A stretch of DNA of 63,979 bases, the filler included, from Reticulomyxa filosa (lineage: Eukaryota > Protista > Foraminifera), in the NCBI GenBank assembly GCA_000512085.1. It is 21 parts of 21 records of this genome, joined end to end, with 100 filler letters (N's around TTAATTAATTAA, not from the genome) between each part and the next. Parts side by side here need not be neighbours in the genome. Positions count along the whole stretch, not along the records: positions 52,066 to 57,592 come from ASPP01018867.1; positions 57,693 to 59,590 come from ASPP01001664.1; positions 59,691 to 60,703 come from ASPP01046944.1; positions 60,804 to 62,000 come from ASPP01005438.1; positions 62,101 to 63,979 come from ASPP01025122.1; 16 more parts are not named here. One strand, 5' to 3'. Below the pieces are notes generated by a model that saw only the letters and a list, made by a program, of their open reading frames with translations, ran no database searches and was not told the origin of the DNA. The translations under genes were made by a program, and so were the position numbers. Positions within the stretch are counted from its first letter, which is position 1; every line of letters starts with the position of its first letter. Below, in pieces: positions 51,966 to 63,979 of the stretch.

Positions 51966-52171
51966 NNNNNNNNNNNNNNNNNNNNNNNNNNNNNNNNNNN
52001 NNNNNNNNNTTAATTAATTAANNNNNNNNNNNNNNNNNNNNNNNNNNNNNNNNNNNNNNNNNNNNTCTTCTTCTTCTTCTTCTTCTTCTTCTTCTCCTTC
52101 TTCTTCATTGTCGTCATCATCTTTGTCTTCTTACACAAGTAACATGCGCTGCTTGAAAAACGAAATTTGTT

Positions 52172-53809
52172 ATGGCAATGATCGTGGAGCAATTGCTCAC
52201 GGCCCGATCACGGATTTTTGCAGGTACAAACAATGAGTCTATACACATGCACACATGCATGCATGTGTGCATGCATGTGTGCATGCAATATACATATATA
52301 TATATATATACATACATACATATATATGTGTATATGTTAATGTGTAATATGGTAAATATGTGTTTGTGTGGTGCACAAAATCATATAAATTCTAGACTGA
52401 TGGGCGTGGTAAACCTGCCCCCTTTGGTCACTGCGCCGCGATCCGAAAACAATGTGTCGACACCTACTGCGCACTCAAAACAGAAACAAAGCGCAAACGA
52501 CGAACACGTATTCAGTGGGATGGACAATAATCCTACGTCGGTGAACGCTGCTACCTCGACTTTGCCAACTGCACCGTTGGTTGGACGTGTTCATTCTCAA
52601 TGGAATCCTCTCGCTCCTCCCTCTCTTCCTCTTCCTCTTCCTCCACCTCCGCCGCCTCCTCTTCCGTCTCTTCTTCCACCAATTCCCTCTCCTCCAACCC
52701 TTCCTCCTCTTCCTTCTCAACCTGCGCACTCGTCGATGAATACAACTATCCCTTCTCATTGCATGGTTCAAAATCCCTCGGGCCCCCTTTCCTTGCCAAC
52801 GTCAATGTCAATGTCAATGTCAATGCCCATGTCCATGTCCATGTCCATGCCCATGTCCATGCCCATACCCATATCCATGCCTATGCACATGTCCGTGCCG
52901 CTCGCCATGCCGGTGATGCACAACAGCAACAGCTGCCCTCAAGGCTACATCCCGCACGTCATTTACACCCCTGCGCCATATACGCTGCTGGCTCCGGGTA
53001 TATCCTCCACGTACAACAACAACAACAACAACAACATGACGACAAAGACCACCACTGCCACAAAAACAGGTCCTATGTCTGTCTTCATGACACCCGTAAG
53101 TGCTACCAGTCCTTCGCACTCAAACACCAATGGCAATAACAATAGCAATAATAATAATAATAATAACAAATATAATGATCCTTTGCTCTGGTTAAATAAA
53201 CAAACGTCGAATGCGTCGAATTATTCGACGCTGTCGACGCATTACAGCGGCAGCGTAAGTAGCTTAGGACCATTGCGACTGAGCGTGTCTCCAGGGCCCG
53301 TGGCGACTGGCACAGTCGAAGACGAGTCGAAAGAGAGCCACCGTTTGGACGGCATTGTGACAAGCAGCACTTTGTTGAGAAGTGGTACTACGTCGAGCAA
53401 CAACAATAACAATAACAATAACAATAACAACTATTCCTCAGCCCAAGGAGTGTCACCCATGGTAATCCGTCAGAACAGTAGTGACAGTTTCCAATCGAAC
53501 ACAAAAAGTAAGACCTACGAGTTGTACGATCATTCACAAAGCATGCTTGTTTCTTCTTCTTCTTCTTCTTCTTCTTCTTTATCTCCTTCCAAAAAATCTT
53601 GCTCTGAAAGCAATAGCAGTACTGTCACTGCTTCCGCCAGGTCGTCATCATCATCATCGTCGTCATCATCGTCGAGACCCGTGTTCACCACCTCCTCGCC
53701 GTCGCTTCGCTTTCCCGCCGCGTTTACTTTTGACTCCCAACTGAACTTGACCAGGACCAGAAGTGGAGGCGGAGGTGTCCATTCCACTCCCGTGGTCATT
53801 CTTGACTAA
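52172..53809 (+). CDS. Low-complexity (Pro/Met-Ser/Asn/Ser) C-terminal part of an unknown protein
   Basis: Long open frame. The segment at about 52225-52390 is probably an intron. Contains (ATGTCA/ATGTCC)n, (AAC)n and (TCT)n microsatellites. Confidence 0.55.
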   Translation: MAMIVEQLLTARSRIFAGTNNESIHMHTCMHVCMHVCMQYTYIYIYTYIHIYVYMLMCNMVNMCLCGAQNHINSRLMGVVNLPPLVTAPRSENNVSTPTAHSKQKQSANDEHVFSGMDNNPTSVNAATSTLPTAPLVGRVHSQWNPLAPPSLPLPLPPPPPPPLPSLLPPIPSPPTLPPLPSQPAHSSMNTTIPSHCMVQNPSGPLSLPTSMSMSMSMPMSMSMSMPMSMPIPISMPMHMSVPLAMPVMHNSNSCPQGYIPHVIYTPAPYTLLAPGISSTYNNNNNNNMTTKTTTATKTGPMSVFMTPVSATSPSHSNTNGNNNSNNNNNNNKYNDPLLWLNKQTSNASNYSTLSTHYSGSVSSLGPLRLSVSPGPVATGTVEDESKESHRLDGIVTSSTLLRSGTTSSNNNNNNNNNNNYSSAQGVSPMVIRQNSSDSFQSNTKSKTYELYDHSQSMLVSSSSSSSSSLSPSKKSCSESNSSTVTASARSSSSSSSSSSSRPVFTTSSPSLRFPAAFTFDSQLNLTRTRSGGGGVHSTPVVILD

Positions 53810-54851
53810 GGATAATAGTAATGATGATGATGATGATGATCATCTCAATTCAATCAACACTTCTCGTCCAATACTAAGGGTACTTGCATCCATTGCATAA
53901 GGAAGGGGCTCACTGGATATATACATATATACATATATATACTTTTGTCCAGAGATCAACCGGTTCCGATCAGTTATTTTGTTTCGTTCTTTTTCTTCTT
54001 ATTATTTGTTTTAACACAGTTTTATGTTTAGTTTAGGCTTAGAAGGAATGTTCTTTCCTTCTTTTTTTTTTTTTTTTTTCTTCTCTTGATATGATCCGCC
54101 AATGGTAACAATTGAGTCAATATTTTTGGTGTTTTTTTTTTTGTTTTTTTTTTTGGATATTAAATGTTGTTAAAAAATGTCCATTTCCAATTGCCTAAAA
54201 AACAATTCGGAAAAAAAAATGTTAACTTTTTTTTTTTTCGTGTACCATTTTTTCCTTTTTTTTTTCCCCCCCTTCTTCTTCTATCCCCGCGCTTGTATGT
54301 ATGGTGTCCATACTTATTTTCCTATATTGCACGCTTGTGAACTTGTACGCATTTACTGAGTTTTACTCAATGTCTATGGGTTTTATTTGTTTCTGATCAA
54401 CTTTTTTTTTTTTTTTTTGGAAAATGGCTCATTGTTGGTGTGTTTTTTTTGGTATTGTTGTTCGCTTTTTTCTTGCGTATATTTTGTGCATCGCGAGTGG
54501 TTACAACTTTCCGCTGGTGCACAGAACCTGGCGAATAGTTTTCCAAAGTTTTGCTTATGGAGAGATATATATTGGTTCTTTTTTCTATGTGGTTATGTTT
54601 CTTGTGGGTCAAGTACATTTTACGTATGCCGATATTGTTGTACCAAGTTTGGTTCAAAAATTTGTCTATCATTCAACATCTGCCAAAAAATTAATTATTT
54701 TACGTATTTACTTTGAGTAACACTAAATTTCATTTGCAGTACAACATATATCTGTTAAATAACAATTGCCAGCGCTTAAGAAAACAATTCATTTGACCTG
54801 GATAATACACCGCAAGTTCAAACTTGCCAATATCTTTTTTTAACATCCCTA

Positions 54852-55092
54852 TGTGGGTTTTCTGCTGCTGAAAGAGGTGCGCAAACTGTAATACGAAAGG
54901 TTTTCGCTCTTTTGAGCAATTTAAACAAAAGAGTAATAAATTAAATAAAAGAGAAAACAAATAACAAGATTCAACAAGTGAAAGAGGAAAGACAAGTCGT
55001 GAAAGTGAGTAGTGTGTTGCTAGAATAAAGGGTTCCAAAGTTCACTTGGGTTTTGCGAGCGTTGCTTGTCACGACATATCATGAGTACTACA
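54852..55092. mobile_element. Solo-LTR-like element, diverged copy C (flanks CCTA/CCTG)
   Basis: Starts TGTGGG and carries GAGGTGCGCAAACTGTAATACGAAAG. The 3' half is diverged. Ends at ACTACA with a 3/4 flank match; the right boundary is less certain. Confidence 0.55.
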
Positions 55093-55488
55093 CCTGTTTA
55101 CACATTTTTTAAATTTGTTCTTTTTTTGGTTCTAAGCAGTACATTATGTTATAAAACCTTTATAACAAGTCATACTAAATGTTACAAAAGATAAATTTAT
55201 TCCTGATCCGACGCTTTGTTTGACTTTAAACGACAACAAACAATCGCAAGCCAAAGGAACAAAAATAAAATTGAAAAGATAACATCTTTTTTAGAAAAGT
55301 TTTATAAATGCAAAAAATTTTCCGAAACTGATTGAAGATGACAAACCTCGACAAGTAATTACATCAAACTCAAAAAAAAATTTGCGTTTGAGGAATAAAA
55401 GGTTTTTGCGTCATAAAATACTCGTGCTTATTTTTTTCAAACCTTTGCACAGACAGAGTGCAAAATTTGTTTACAAGAAAAACTTACA

Positions 55489-57531
55489 ATGGATCACAAA
55501 AAGAGTAGCAAAGAAAAATTTTCAGCAGAATCAGCACTTTTGTTGCAACATTGCTCTGATCTGCAATTACTTGCAATAGATATCCAAATTTATATTTTGC
55601 AGTTTGTTCCGCCACATGACAAATACCATCTGACACGGTACACATGCCGTCGATGGTATTACTTAATGCAATGGTATGATCGAGTACCTAACGAAAAAGT
55701 GCTATTTTTGTTTCCAGGACAATTTGATCATGTCGTGAAATCTCCTTTTTATAATGCAAAATATGATCGCACTGACCACTCTATGAAATTGGCTGCATTA
55801 GGTCTAGGTGTATACATTAACGGAAAATTTTGTTGGTTGGTGAACAGAGCACCGTCTTCTGATGCCGTCACAAAAGCTACTTCTCTCGATAGACATCAGT
55901 GCCTCGCAAATAATGCAAACAAAAATCGTCAAAACATTCATTCAAATAAAAAAAATTCGGCCACTGTTCATTTGCAAAAAGATAGCGTTGATGATTGGGT
56001 TTGTATACCCCTTTTTTTTTTTTGGAACAAACCTGTTTCCAAAACACAGTGCAAAGCAAACATAATAATTTTATTTTAAAAAACACAAAATTGTCAAAAG
56101 TTTGAAAAATTCCATAATAAAAAACTTCGGTCGAATACATCAGTAATTCATAAAGAAAGTTTTGGAGGCAGTGAATTTCAGATGGACTTGAAGGAGAAGG
56201 AAGAAGAATCAAGTACGGAGGCATTATCCGTGTCAAGCATGGAAGCATCATCACATGGAGGAGCAGAAGAAAACGATAATAGACTAACAGATGAGGATGA
56301 TATTTTATTTGGTGAAGCAGGATCAGTTTCAGAAGAGAATTTAAAAGCTTACGAGCTCGAAAAAAATAAAAAAAAGTATTAAAGAAAAAAATTCAGCTAC
56401 GACAAAATAAAAAAAGTTTGGAGGGCAAAGATATGAAAAATATTTGCCAAGCATTGGCAGCGAATGATTGTATCACCCTAATTGATTTATCTCATTGTAA
56501 TTTAGGCAATTACGAAATTCGTTTATTGTGTGCCGGACTTGTCCAAAATCATAGTGTAACAGATGTAATGTTGGTAGGAAATGATATCGGCGTTTTAGGG
56601 TGTGAATATCTTGGCTACATGCTAGAGTTTAATGATTCCCTACGCTCTCTTTGGTTACGTGGGAACACACTTATTGGAAACGAAGGATTGAAATACATTG
56701 CAAAAGGGTTGCAATATAATTGTACTCTGCAAAAACTAAGTTTGGATGATTGTGACATCAGAAGTGAAACACTTAGAAAAGATACGTATAAGCAATATGG
56801 ACTCCGAAATGACAGCAAAAATTCGCAAGGAATTCCAAAACTACTGTTTGTAAAATTGTTACCAGTTACAGCATCAGCCAGGTTGGTTTGTATACGTACT
56901 ACTTTTTTTTTTTTTTTTTTAAAAAGACTCCATATTTTTTCTGGATTGTAGAAAAAAAAATAAAAAATGAAAAATGAAATAAATTCTTTATTATAATCTG
57001 ATTAGATTTGATGCATTGACTGATTATGAATGGATGGTACTGAAAGAAAAACAGAGCAAGAATCAACAAGCACAGCAAAAAAATTGGAAACTCTCAAGCT
57101 CACATTATAACAACAGCGGTGAAGAAGAACACTGTGACTACGTACTAGAGGATAAGCTGTGTGATGGCATAATTGCCTTGGCTCATGTGTTGTGTGGAAA
57201 TGGAGAGAAAGACAACTTGCAAATAATATCATTAAGAAATAATCAGATCACTGATGATATGGCTTGTGTGCTGATAGACGGAGTCAATGAAAACGGGAGC
57301 CTTAAAGAGTTCCATTTGTCTTACAATCAATTGACAAATACATCCGCACGTTACTTGACAGAAATGATGAACAATTCTTCAAAATCTGATGGCTCTTTGG
57401 ATGTGTACATCAAGAGTGGAAATCAGTTGGACGAAAATATCTTTGCTTGTAACCACCAAGAGCAAATAGCACCGGACAACCCCTTCCAGTCCAGCTTGAG
57501 ACGTCAATTTCCAAAAGGACAAATTTATTAA
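55489..57531 (+). CDS. F-box + RI-type LRR protein, multi-exon
   Basis: F-box LQLLAIDIQIYILQFV...TCRRWYYL. LRRs LIDLSHCNLG, LRSLWLRGN..IGNEGLKYIAKGL, LQKLSLDDCDI and LKEFHLSYNQLT. Confidence 0.8.
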
Positions 57532-57715
57532 GTGAAGCCTGGTCTTCTTAAAATTTTCAAGTTAGCTAGTACTACATTTTTTTCATTGCTTTNNNNNNNN
57601 NNNNNNNNNNNNNNNNNNNNNNNNNNNNNNNNNNNNTTAATTAATTAANNNNNNNNNNNNNNNNNNNNNNNNNNNNNNNNNNNNNNNNNNNNATATATAT
57701 ATGTATATATACGTA

Positions 57716-59406
57716 TTATTCATGTATATAACATTTATGTATACATATATGTGCACATGGTATTCTATAGTCAAAACTTTCATTGTTAGTACGAACAGAT
57801 GAAATGCTAGTATTTGGGGTAATCGATATATCCTGCTCTCCCAAAAGTGGCTGGTTAAAGTTTTTCATTTTTTCAATAGCAATGGTGCGGTAGTGCAAGT
57901 CTACGGCATAGTTGGGCGTGGCGATGCTCTCTGCGGACTCAGTCTTCATGATGTTGGATGAGTCCTTCAGTTTGTGTTCGTCGCTCTCGTTCGTTCCTTT
58001 GTCCTGCTTTGACTTTTCATCGGACGCGTTTTCGTCGCTACTTTTGAGAGCGTGTTTCCTTGTGTCTTTCTTTAAATCTATCTCGCCACTGTCGTTCAAT
58101 GTTATATGCGATGGTGTAACGTGCACATGGGTTGTATCAACCTATTCTCACCCATCCACATTATTCGACAGTTCTTTTTTTTTTTAATTTTGTTATTGCT
58201 TTGTGGTACTACTTTTTCATTCGTTTCCTTTTCTTTAAAAAGGGAGGAGGAAAGGGAAAGATTTAACTCCATTGTGTATCGTTGTTCGCTCCACATGAAA
58301 GTTTGGTGATTTCAACAGCTCTTCAAAACTTTTATGTGCTTCTCCACCTTCTGACAACTTTTCATGTCCCCTTCCTGGTATTGCTGTCGACTTCAGATGT
58401 TGAGAGGATCTCCTTGGAGGTGCATCTCCATTAGTAGAAGTGAAAGCTGTTTCAGTGCTTTGATTTGACATAATAGTAGTTGAATTGTCATTCATTGAAA
58501 GCCTTTCATATAGACGGGGAGAAAAGAAAACTTTTTCGCTTTTCAACCTGAATTCTTTAACATATAATCTTGCGTTTTTAATCCTAACATCATAGATCTA
58601 ATAGAAATAAGGTATTTAGGTATTTTTTATAAACTGGAATATCCTGTTGTAATTTTTATCACTTATTAATTCTAAACTAGAGAAATATAGCAGAGAAAAT
58701 GTTTTTAATAACTTAACTATATCAGCAAAAACAAAAAAGAAAAGAAAAAGGTAACTAAGTTAAAAAAAGACGTTCACTACTTTTTGTTTAAACGTTTACT
58801 TCTTTTATATAATTTTTCTCTTGTAAATCTGAGCTTTTTAACACTAATTAAATGTTTGATGTTACTTTCAAATCAGAAAAAATGTTCAGTTGGCTCAATC
58901 ATCAATGAAATTTCAAAAAGGTTGGAAATGAATTTGAATGATTACAACTTAAAATTGTTTGAATGGAAAAGTACATTTGTTAAACTAAATGTGCTAATGC
59001 CAAAATTGTATTAACTCTTTTTTGATCATTTCAATTACTTATAATATGGAACATGTTCCAATCTTGTTTATTGTCACAAAACGACAAAATAAAAAAAAAT
59101 AATTTGGTCCAGCGAAGGTGTACCAAAAGAATAGGCGCACATATGATTTTAATTGAATTTTCTCAACGAAATTAGTGTTGCATCGCTACGAGACCCCACC
59201 TCTCCCTTCAAAAAAAAAAACAAATCACACACAATCAAATTAAAGTAAAACGCAACAACCTTCATTGGTGGTTTTGGCTTTGCCGCCACTTGTAGTCGTT
59301 TGACTAGTTTGAGAGGCCATTCCCACTTTGATTCCATATTGTTCATTCGAAACATCATAAATACCTCGTTGTATTTTTTGATAAATTTGCTGCGCTGGTT
59401 TGACAA
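57716..59406 (-). CDS. Hypothetical multi-exon protein (fragment)
   Basis: Same-strand hydrophilic ORFs separated by intron-like AT/T-rich DNA. Confidence 0.4.
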
Positions 59407-59690
59407 ATGCCTTTTTATTATTATTATTATTATTGTTTACATTTATGTCATTTGGAGTTTGAGTTTGCGCCCAATTTGTAATAAGTCAAAGTCAGCGCGC
59501 GTATATCTCACACACATAAACAGACTTAAAAACAAAAACAACAATAACGACGACGAAACTTCTTCAACATTGTGAGCAGTTTTGGCAGAANNNNNNNNNN
59601 NNNNNNNNNNNNNNNNNNNNNNNNNNNNNNNNNNTTAATTAATTAANNNNNNNNNNNNNNNNNNNNNNNNNNNNNNNNNNNNNNNNNNNN

Positions 59691-60430
59691 CCAACTCACA
59701 AACATTCAAAGTGTATGGATACATGGATGACGTCTTATTTATAGTTGACATGAACCAAATCAACATATACGACGTAATCACACAATGGATACCATACATG
59801 TACAAAAGAGAGTGGCCAATCATTGGCGAATGCAGCAACACACAAAAATTCCTTGATCTAATCATAAAAACAAGCAACAGCATCCCAAACACAGACAACA
59901 CAACATTTCAAAATGAAAACACACAGATCACTATCAAAAACAACGACAACACACAAATACACACACTACAAAACAAATTCACATTTGAACCACATATAAA
60001 ACACGTCACAAAACAACCATACATCAATCCAACATCACATGGACAAAAAGAATGGTACCTACAAACCATTCGCAGCATAAATCAAAGAATCGCTAGACTA
60101 TCAGCCACGCCTGAAATATATCATAACGCACAACAGCAAATACAAACACAATTATGGCAATGTGGATATCACAGAATGGACATCAAAGAAAGATTGATCG
60201 ACCTGTGGGAAACACAAACACACAAAAGACAACGAAAATACATCATACCCACCGACTGCATCAACATCAATGTACCATTTCACAAAAATATCAAACGAAA
60301 GCACATCAAAGAAGCAGAAATGGAGCTATCAAAGAACACGGGGAAAAGAGCCCGAATAATATACACCAAAAACCGCGACATCAACAACATCATTAGATCG
60401 CTAAACAAAAGGAATACACACAGTCAATAG
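59691..60430 (+). mobile_element. Penelope-like retroelement RT, 3' half, no GIY-YIG domain
   Basis: Frame open from the contig edge: YGYMDDVLFI (YxDD), FLDLII, YINPTSH (thumb), INVPF...IIYTKNRDINNII, then stop. Strongly A/C-rich sense strand. Confidence 0.75.
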
Positions 60431-60684
60431 GCACAAATCACAAAAGGCAAAGGACACACTAGGCACAAACACCTCTAGGCATAAATATCAACATCACTAG
60501 GCACAAATATCATACTAGGCACAATCATTAGGCGAACACACTAGGCACAAACACTAGGCACAAACAACACATACTAGGCACATACACAATAAAAACACAG
60601 CAAACTAGGCACACACACAAATATCAAGCTAGGCACACACACAAAAATCACGCTAGGCACACACACAAATATCACGCTAGGCAC
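60428..60684 (+). repeat. Array of about 13 (C)TAGGCAC cores with A/C-rich spacers
   Basis: TAGGC at about 60428, 60460, 60476, 60498, 60516, 60529, 60542, 60555, 60575, 60606, 60630, 60654 and 60678. The last four have a 24-nt period. Confidence 0.9.
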
Positions 60685-60803
60685 GCAAATGACACATAAA
60701 CAGNNNNNNNNNNNNNNNNNNNNNNNNNNNNNNNNNNNNNNNNNNNNTTAATTAATTAANNNNNNNNNNNNNNNNNNNNNNNNNNNNNNNNNNNNNNNNN
60801 NNN

Positions 60804-62000
60804 GAAAATGAAAATGAAAATGAAAATGAAAATGAAATGCAACATCATGTGACAGCGCAGTCGTCTCTTCACTCGAACGAGGACGACTTGAAGTCTGCAT
60901 TGCCTTTGACCACGAAATACACGAATTCCAATCTTTCTGTGATAGATCAACGCAAAACAAACGAGGAAATGCCAGGGAGTTTGATGGGCGAGACTATGCG
61001 CGTGACACTCATCAATATGGAGAGACAGCGGAGCAAGACCAATTCGTCTGCGCCCGCTGCCGTGGCCACGATAACAACGCACGTACCAGTCTTGGGTACA
61101 AACTCGATCCAATGTCCCCACGTACAGAAAGAAGACTCGTCCTACAGCGAAGAGCAAGACAACAACGCCAATAAAATGAAGCCAAAGAATGCGTCTGTTG
61201 CAATATTGAAGACAGAAGAAAACAACAACAACAAAGAATCGAAACATGAAACGCATCATCAAATCGGCAACTCATCTCGGCCGGGATTGCTCTCGATTGG
61301 GATTACATCGTTTCATTTATCATTGTACCTATTGTTTCCTGTGCTCTGTAATCAAGTCATACTCGTGTTTGCCCATTACGAATATCAAGAACATTCATCA
61401 AATCTGCTCATTGGCATTGCCTTGCTATGGTTTTTTGTAATTATCACCTTTGTGTATATCTATCGTACGCGTCAGCTTGCGTCGCATATACAAATGCTGC
61501 TCCAGGAACAAAGGACAAAACATTGGCTACACAAAGTCTACGACGGCTTTTATTTTCAACAGACGTGTGTTCACCAAGATATGAGTAGTTTTTTCATTCA
61601 ACAGATCTCTTCGCCTAAATATTGGTATTATGGCTTTATTCCTTTATTGCTCCTCCTCTTTGTTCGTCTTTGCTGTTTGTTTTTGAAACAAGTGAGTCAG
61701 GTCATTTTATTGTCTGTCATTGTCGCTGTGCTCATCGTGGAAGGGATTATGGTGGTTCGAACGCGTCCTTATCTCATCAAAATAGATCGCAAATGCCAAC
61801 TCTTTTGGCGCTGTCTCACTGTTTTTATCGTCTCCCTACTCTTTGTATCAATTGATCAATACGTCGCCGCGACTGTTGTTGGTATCTGCGTGGGCTCTGC
61901 TGTGCTTATATATCTTATGAGAGATTGTCTATGTGCAATGAAGCCGTTATCTCAACTTTGTCTCTTTCTATCGCACACACACACACACACACACACACAA
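60804..62000 (+). CDS. Multi-pass membrane protein, internal fragment
   Basis: About 390 open codons with about 6 TM helices and a W(Y)Y...RPY pattern. (GAAAAT)n and (CA)n at the contig ends. Confidence 0.6.
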
Positions 62001-62100
62001 NNNNNNNNNNNNNNNNNNNNNNNNNNNNNNNNNNNNNNNNNNNNTTAATTAATTAANNNNNNNNNNNNNNNNNNNNNNNNNNNNNNNNNNNNNNNNNNNN

Positions 62101-63600
62101 TGATTGGATGTGCGGTTGTTGCATAGACATGTCGTTGTTTGTACTTGCAATGTAATGCATGTAGCTGTTGGCCATGGCAGCGAATGAGGACAGAGCAAGA
62201 GAATAAGGAGAAGCATCAGTGGAAGTGGGGATGCGTGTTGAAGGAGACAGCACTGTCTCAAAGTATATTTCGTGGTGTCGTTCCAAAGCTTGGGCACCTA
62301 TTGAAAATGCCTGGCTTTTTGTGAATCGTATTGACTGATAATACGTCAGCGCTGTATTTGCATTCTTCTTCATCTTCATCATCACCATAGTCATTGTCAT
62401 CGTCTTCTTCGTGCATTTCCTCATCGAGCATGCTCTCTATATCTGTTTCCGTATATTTCCACGCTCACATTTGTAGTCTGTTCCAATGGCTTGTTCAAAT
62501 GCGTTTTTGCGCTGATGTCTCGACGACTACAATGAACTCGAGTCGGCAGTGTTCGCCATCAAGCTGTACCAAGAGTGCTCTATTTTCGGGCTGCTGCAAA
62601 CAAACAAATTCTTGCATTTTGCGATACAAGTAGTTGTCCAACAACTACATGAACATTCACCGACCATGGAAGAGATGTATTCGGGCGTTAACTTGATGAC
62701 GACCTAGTACGTGCCTTGCGGTGTACAAATCTGGCTGGTACATACCGCTAACGTTGCGCGGCGCGAGTTTCAAATCGAGTGGCAACTGGTTGCTGGCGGG
62801 ATTTGCATCTGACGATGTTTGCAAGGTGGAGACATCGACTACCACTTGTTTGAAGATGGCGTTGAATTGCGCCACGTCGACAGCCTTTTTTTTTCATTAC
62901 ACTTATAATGTCAATACATACAATTTTATTTATTTCGTAAACAAATAACAAAGTGGTTTTTACACATACGTGCATACCAAAGTTGGGGCTCGATTGTAAA
63001 AATAGTGGAAGGCTTGGACATCAAATTTGACAGCATTTTAGAATGATGAAAGTGTAAATAGCCTTTGTGATAAAACAAGGTCGATGAGGAACTACTCTTA
63101 GCAGAGTCAGTCGTCGACCACGTGAGCTTCATTCCAGATTGAAACACTTGCGCGCCAAACTTGGGGTTGCAACCTTTGATGGTACCATTGCAGCATTGCA
63201 GCCAAACTAGCGATTGAACGCGTAGAGATAGTCCAAATTGCCCATGGTGATGTCTTTCACTGTCCACGTTTCGCAAGAACAGAGACTGTTAGTTAGCGCT
63301 TTTCTCGTGCTCTTTCGTGTTTTTTTCATAGCTCCGGTTTCTGTCAAGCAAGATCATGCACAAAGAATCGAATCACCAAAAAAGAAAATGATAATGGTTG
63401 TTCTGTTTTTGTTTTTAACTAATAAGTGAACAAAAAGTCATTGTTGCACGATATCATATCCAATAATTCGTGTCTCACATTACTTCGCTTCGTCACTGGC
63501 TTGTAAAACAGTTCGTTCAATCGTCTCAAGTCGCCGTTCGGACGTTCAATATTCGATGACAGATTGTTCCCTGCTTGTACTTTCTTCTGATGCCTACGCC
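62101..63600 (-). pseudogene. Interrupted coding sequence of unknown family
   Basis: Collinear minus-strand ORFs (62926..63276, 62657..62875, 62053..62424) with in-frame stops between them. Confidence 0.35.
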
Positions 63601-63979
63601 AGGTGCAATACAGCTTTTTTTTTTAGTGGAAAAACAATGTACAGAAAAAAGATATTACCATGATCATTCTTCAATAGTTTAGTTTTTTTTTACTACGAAA
63701 AACTTAACCCTTTTAAAAATCCGTTCAATGTTTCTGAAATCTTCAAAGATACGTAACGTGCGATTTGTGGATATGCATAGATAAAAGTTTTGGAGGGATC
63801 AGTTACTGTGACATATAAAATGCATATCCAGATAATACCACTAGTTTAGAATTTGAAGTATTGAAAGTTTTTCAAATGTTATTCATATGTATTTGACTTC
63901 TTTATTTTCTTTTTCTAATGTGCTCTTTTTTACATTTATTTTCAATTTTCATTTGTTGTAATAATCTTGTATTATATTT

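Noticed and set aside
60428-60703. CRISPR-like repeat-spacer array next to an RT
   Set aside because: The core is only 7-8 nt, the spacers are low-complexity and related to each other, lengths are irregular, and there are no cas genes.
10183-62100. TTAATTAATTAA palindrome recurring 20 times; ORFs ending in X...LIN
   Set aside because: It always sits inside an identical N44/N44 spacer, so it is a concatenation artefact. Cross-contig gene neighbourhoods were also disregarded.
40250-63600. Alternative genetic code explaining in-frame stops
   Set aside because: Stops co-occur with frameshifts in decayed loci, and intact genes end on TAA, TAG and TGA with no internal stops.
1-63979. tRNA, rRNA or other structured RNA genes
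   Set aside because: None recognised by eye. A tRNAscan-SE/Infernal scan is needed to exclude them, especially hammerhead ribozymes near the Penelope-like element.

Overview
This window is not one locus. It is 21 short contigs joined by 20 identical artificial 100-nt spacers (N44-TTAATTAATTAA-N44), so gene neighbourhoods mean something only within a contig. Twenty contigs come from an AT-rich, intron-containing eukaryote. The expanded 42-aa TPR and WD40 families, a divergent alpha-tubulin, (AT)n/poly-A/poly-T introns and many pseudogenes best fit a foraminiferan such as Reticulomyxa filosa; this is an inference, not a database match. Recognisable genes: NOP9, Miro, TAF8, DCTN5, a USP, a FYRN/FYRC protein, an EF-hand protein, an F-box/LRR protein, a RasGEF fragment, a 7TM-RGS, a multi-TM/pseudokinase fusion, a pseudo-caspase-TPR protein and an alpha-tubulin pseudogene. 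One contig (36491-39001) is bacterial and carries an SDH-type ClpP-fold protease coupled to a 70-aa ORF, plus a small protein with a HipA-like P-loop. Mobile DNA found by eye: three homologous ~220-240 bp TG...CA elements (two with perfect 4-bp target-site duplications; probably solo LTRs), an endonuclease-less Penelope-like RT followed by a TAGGCAC repeat array, and a degenerate dispersed repeat. All family assignments come from motif recognition only; no searches were run.
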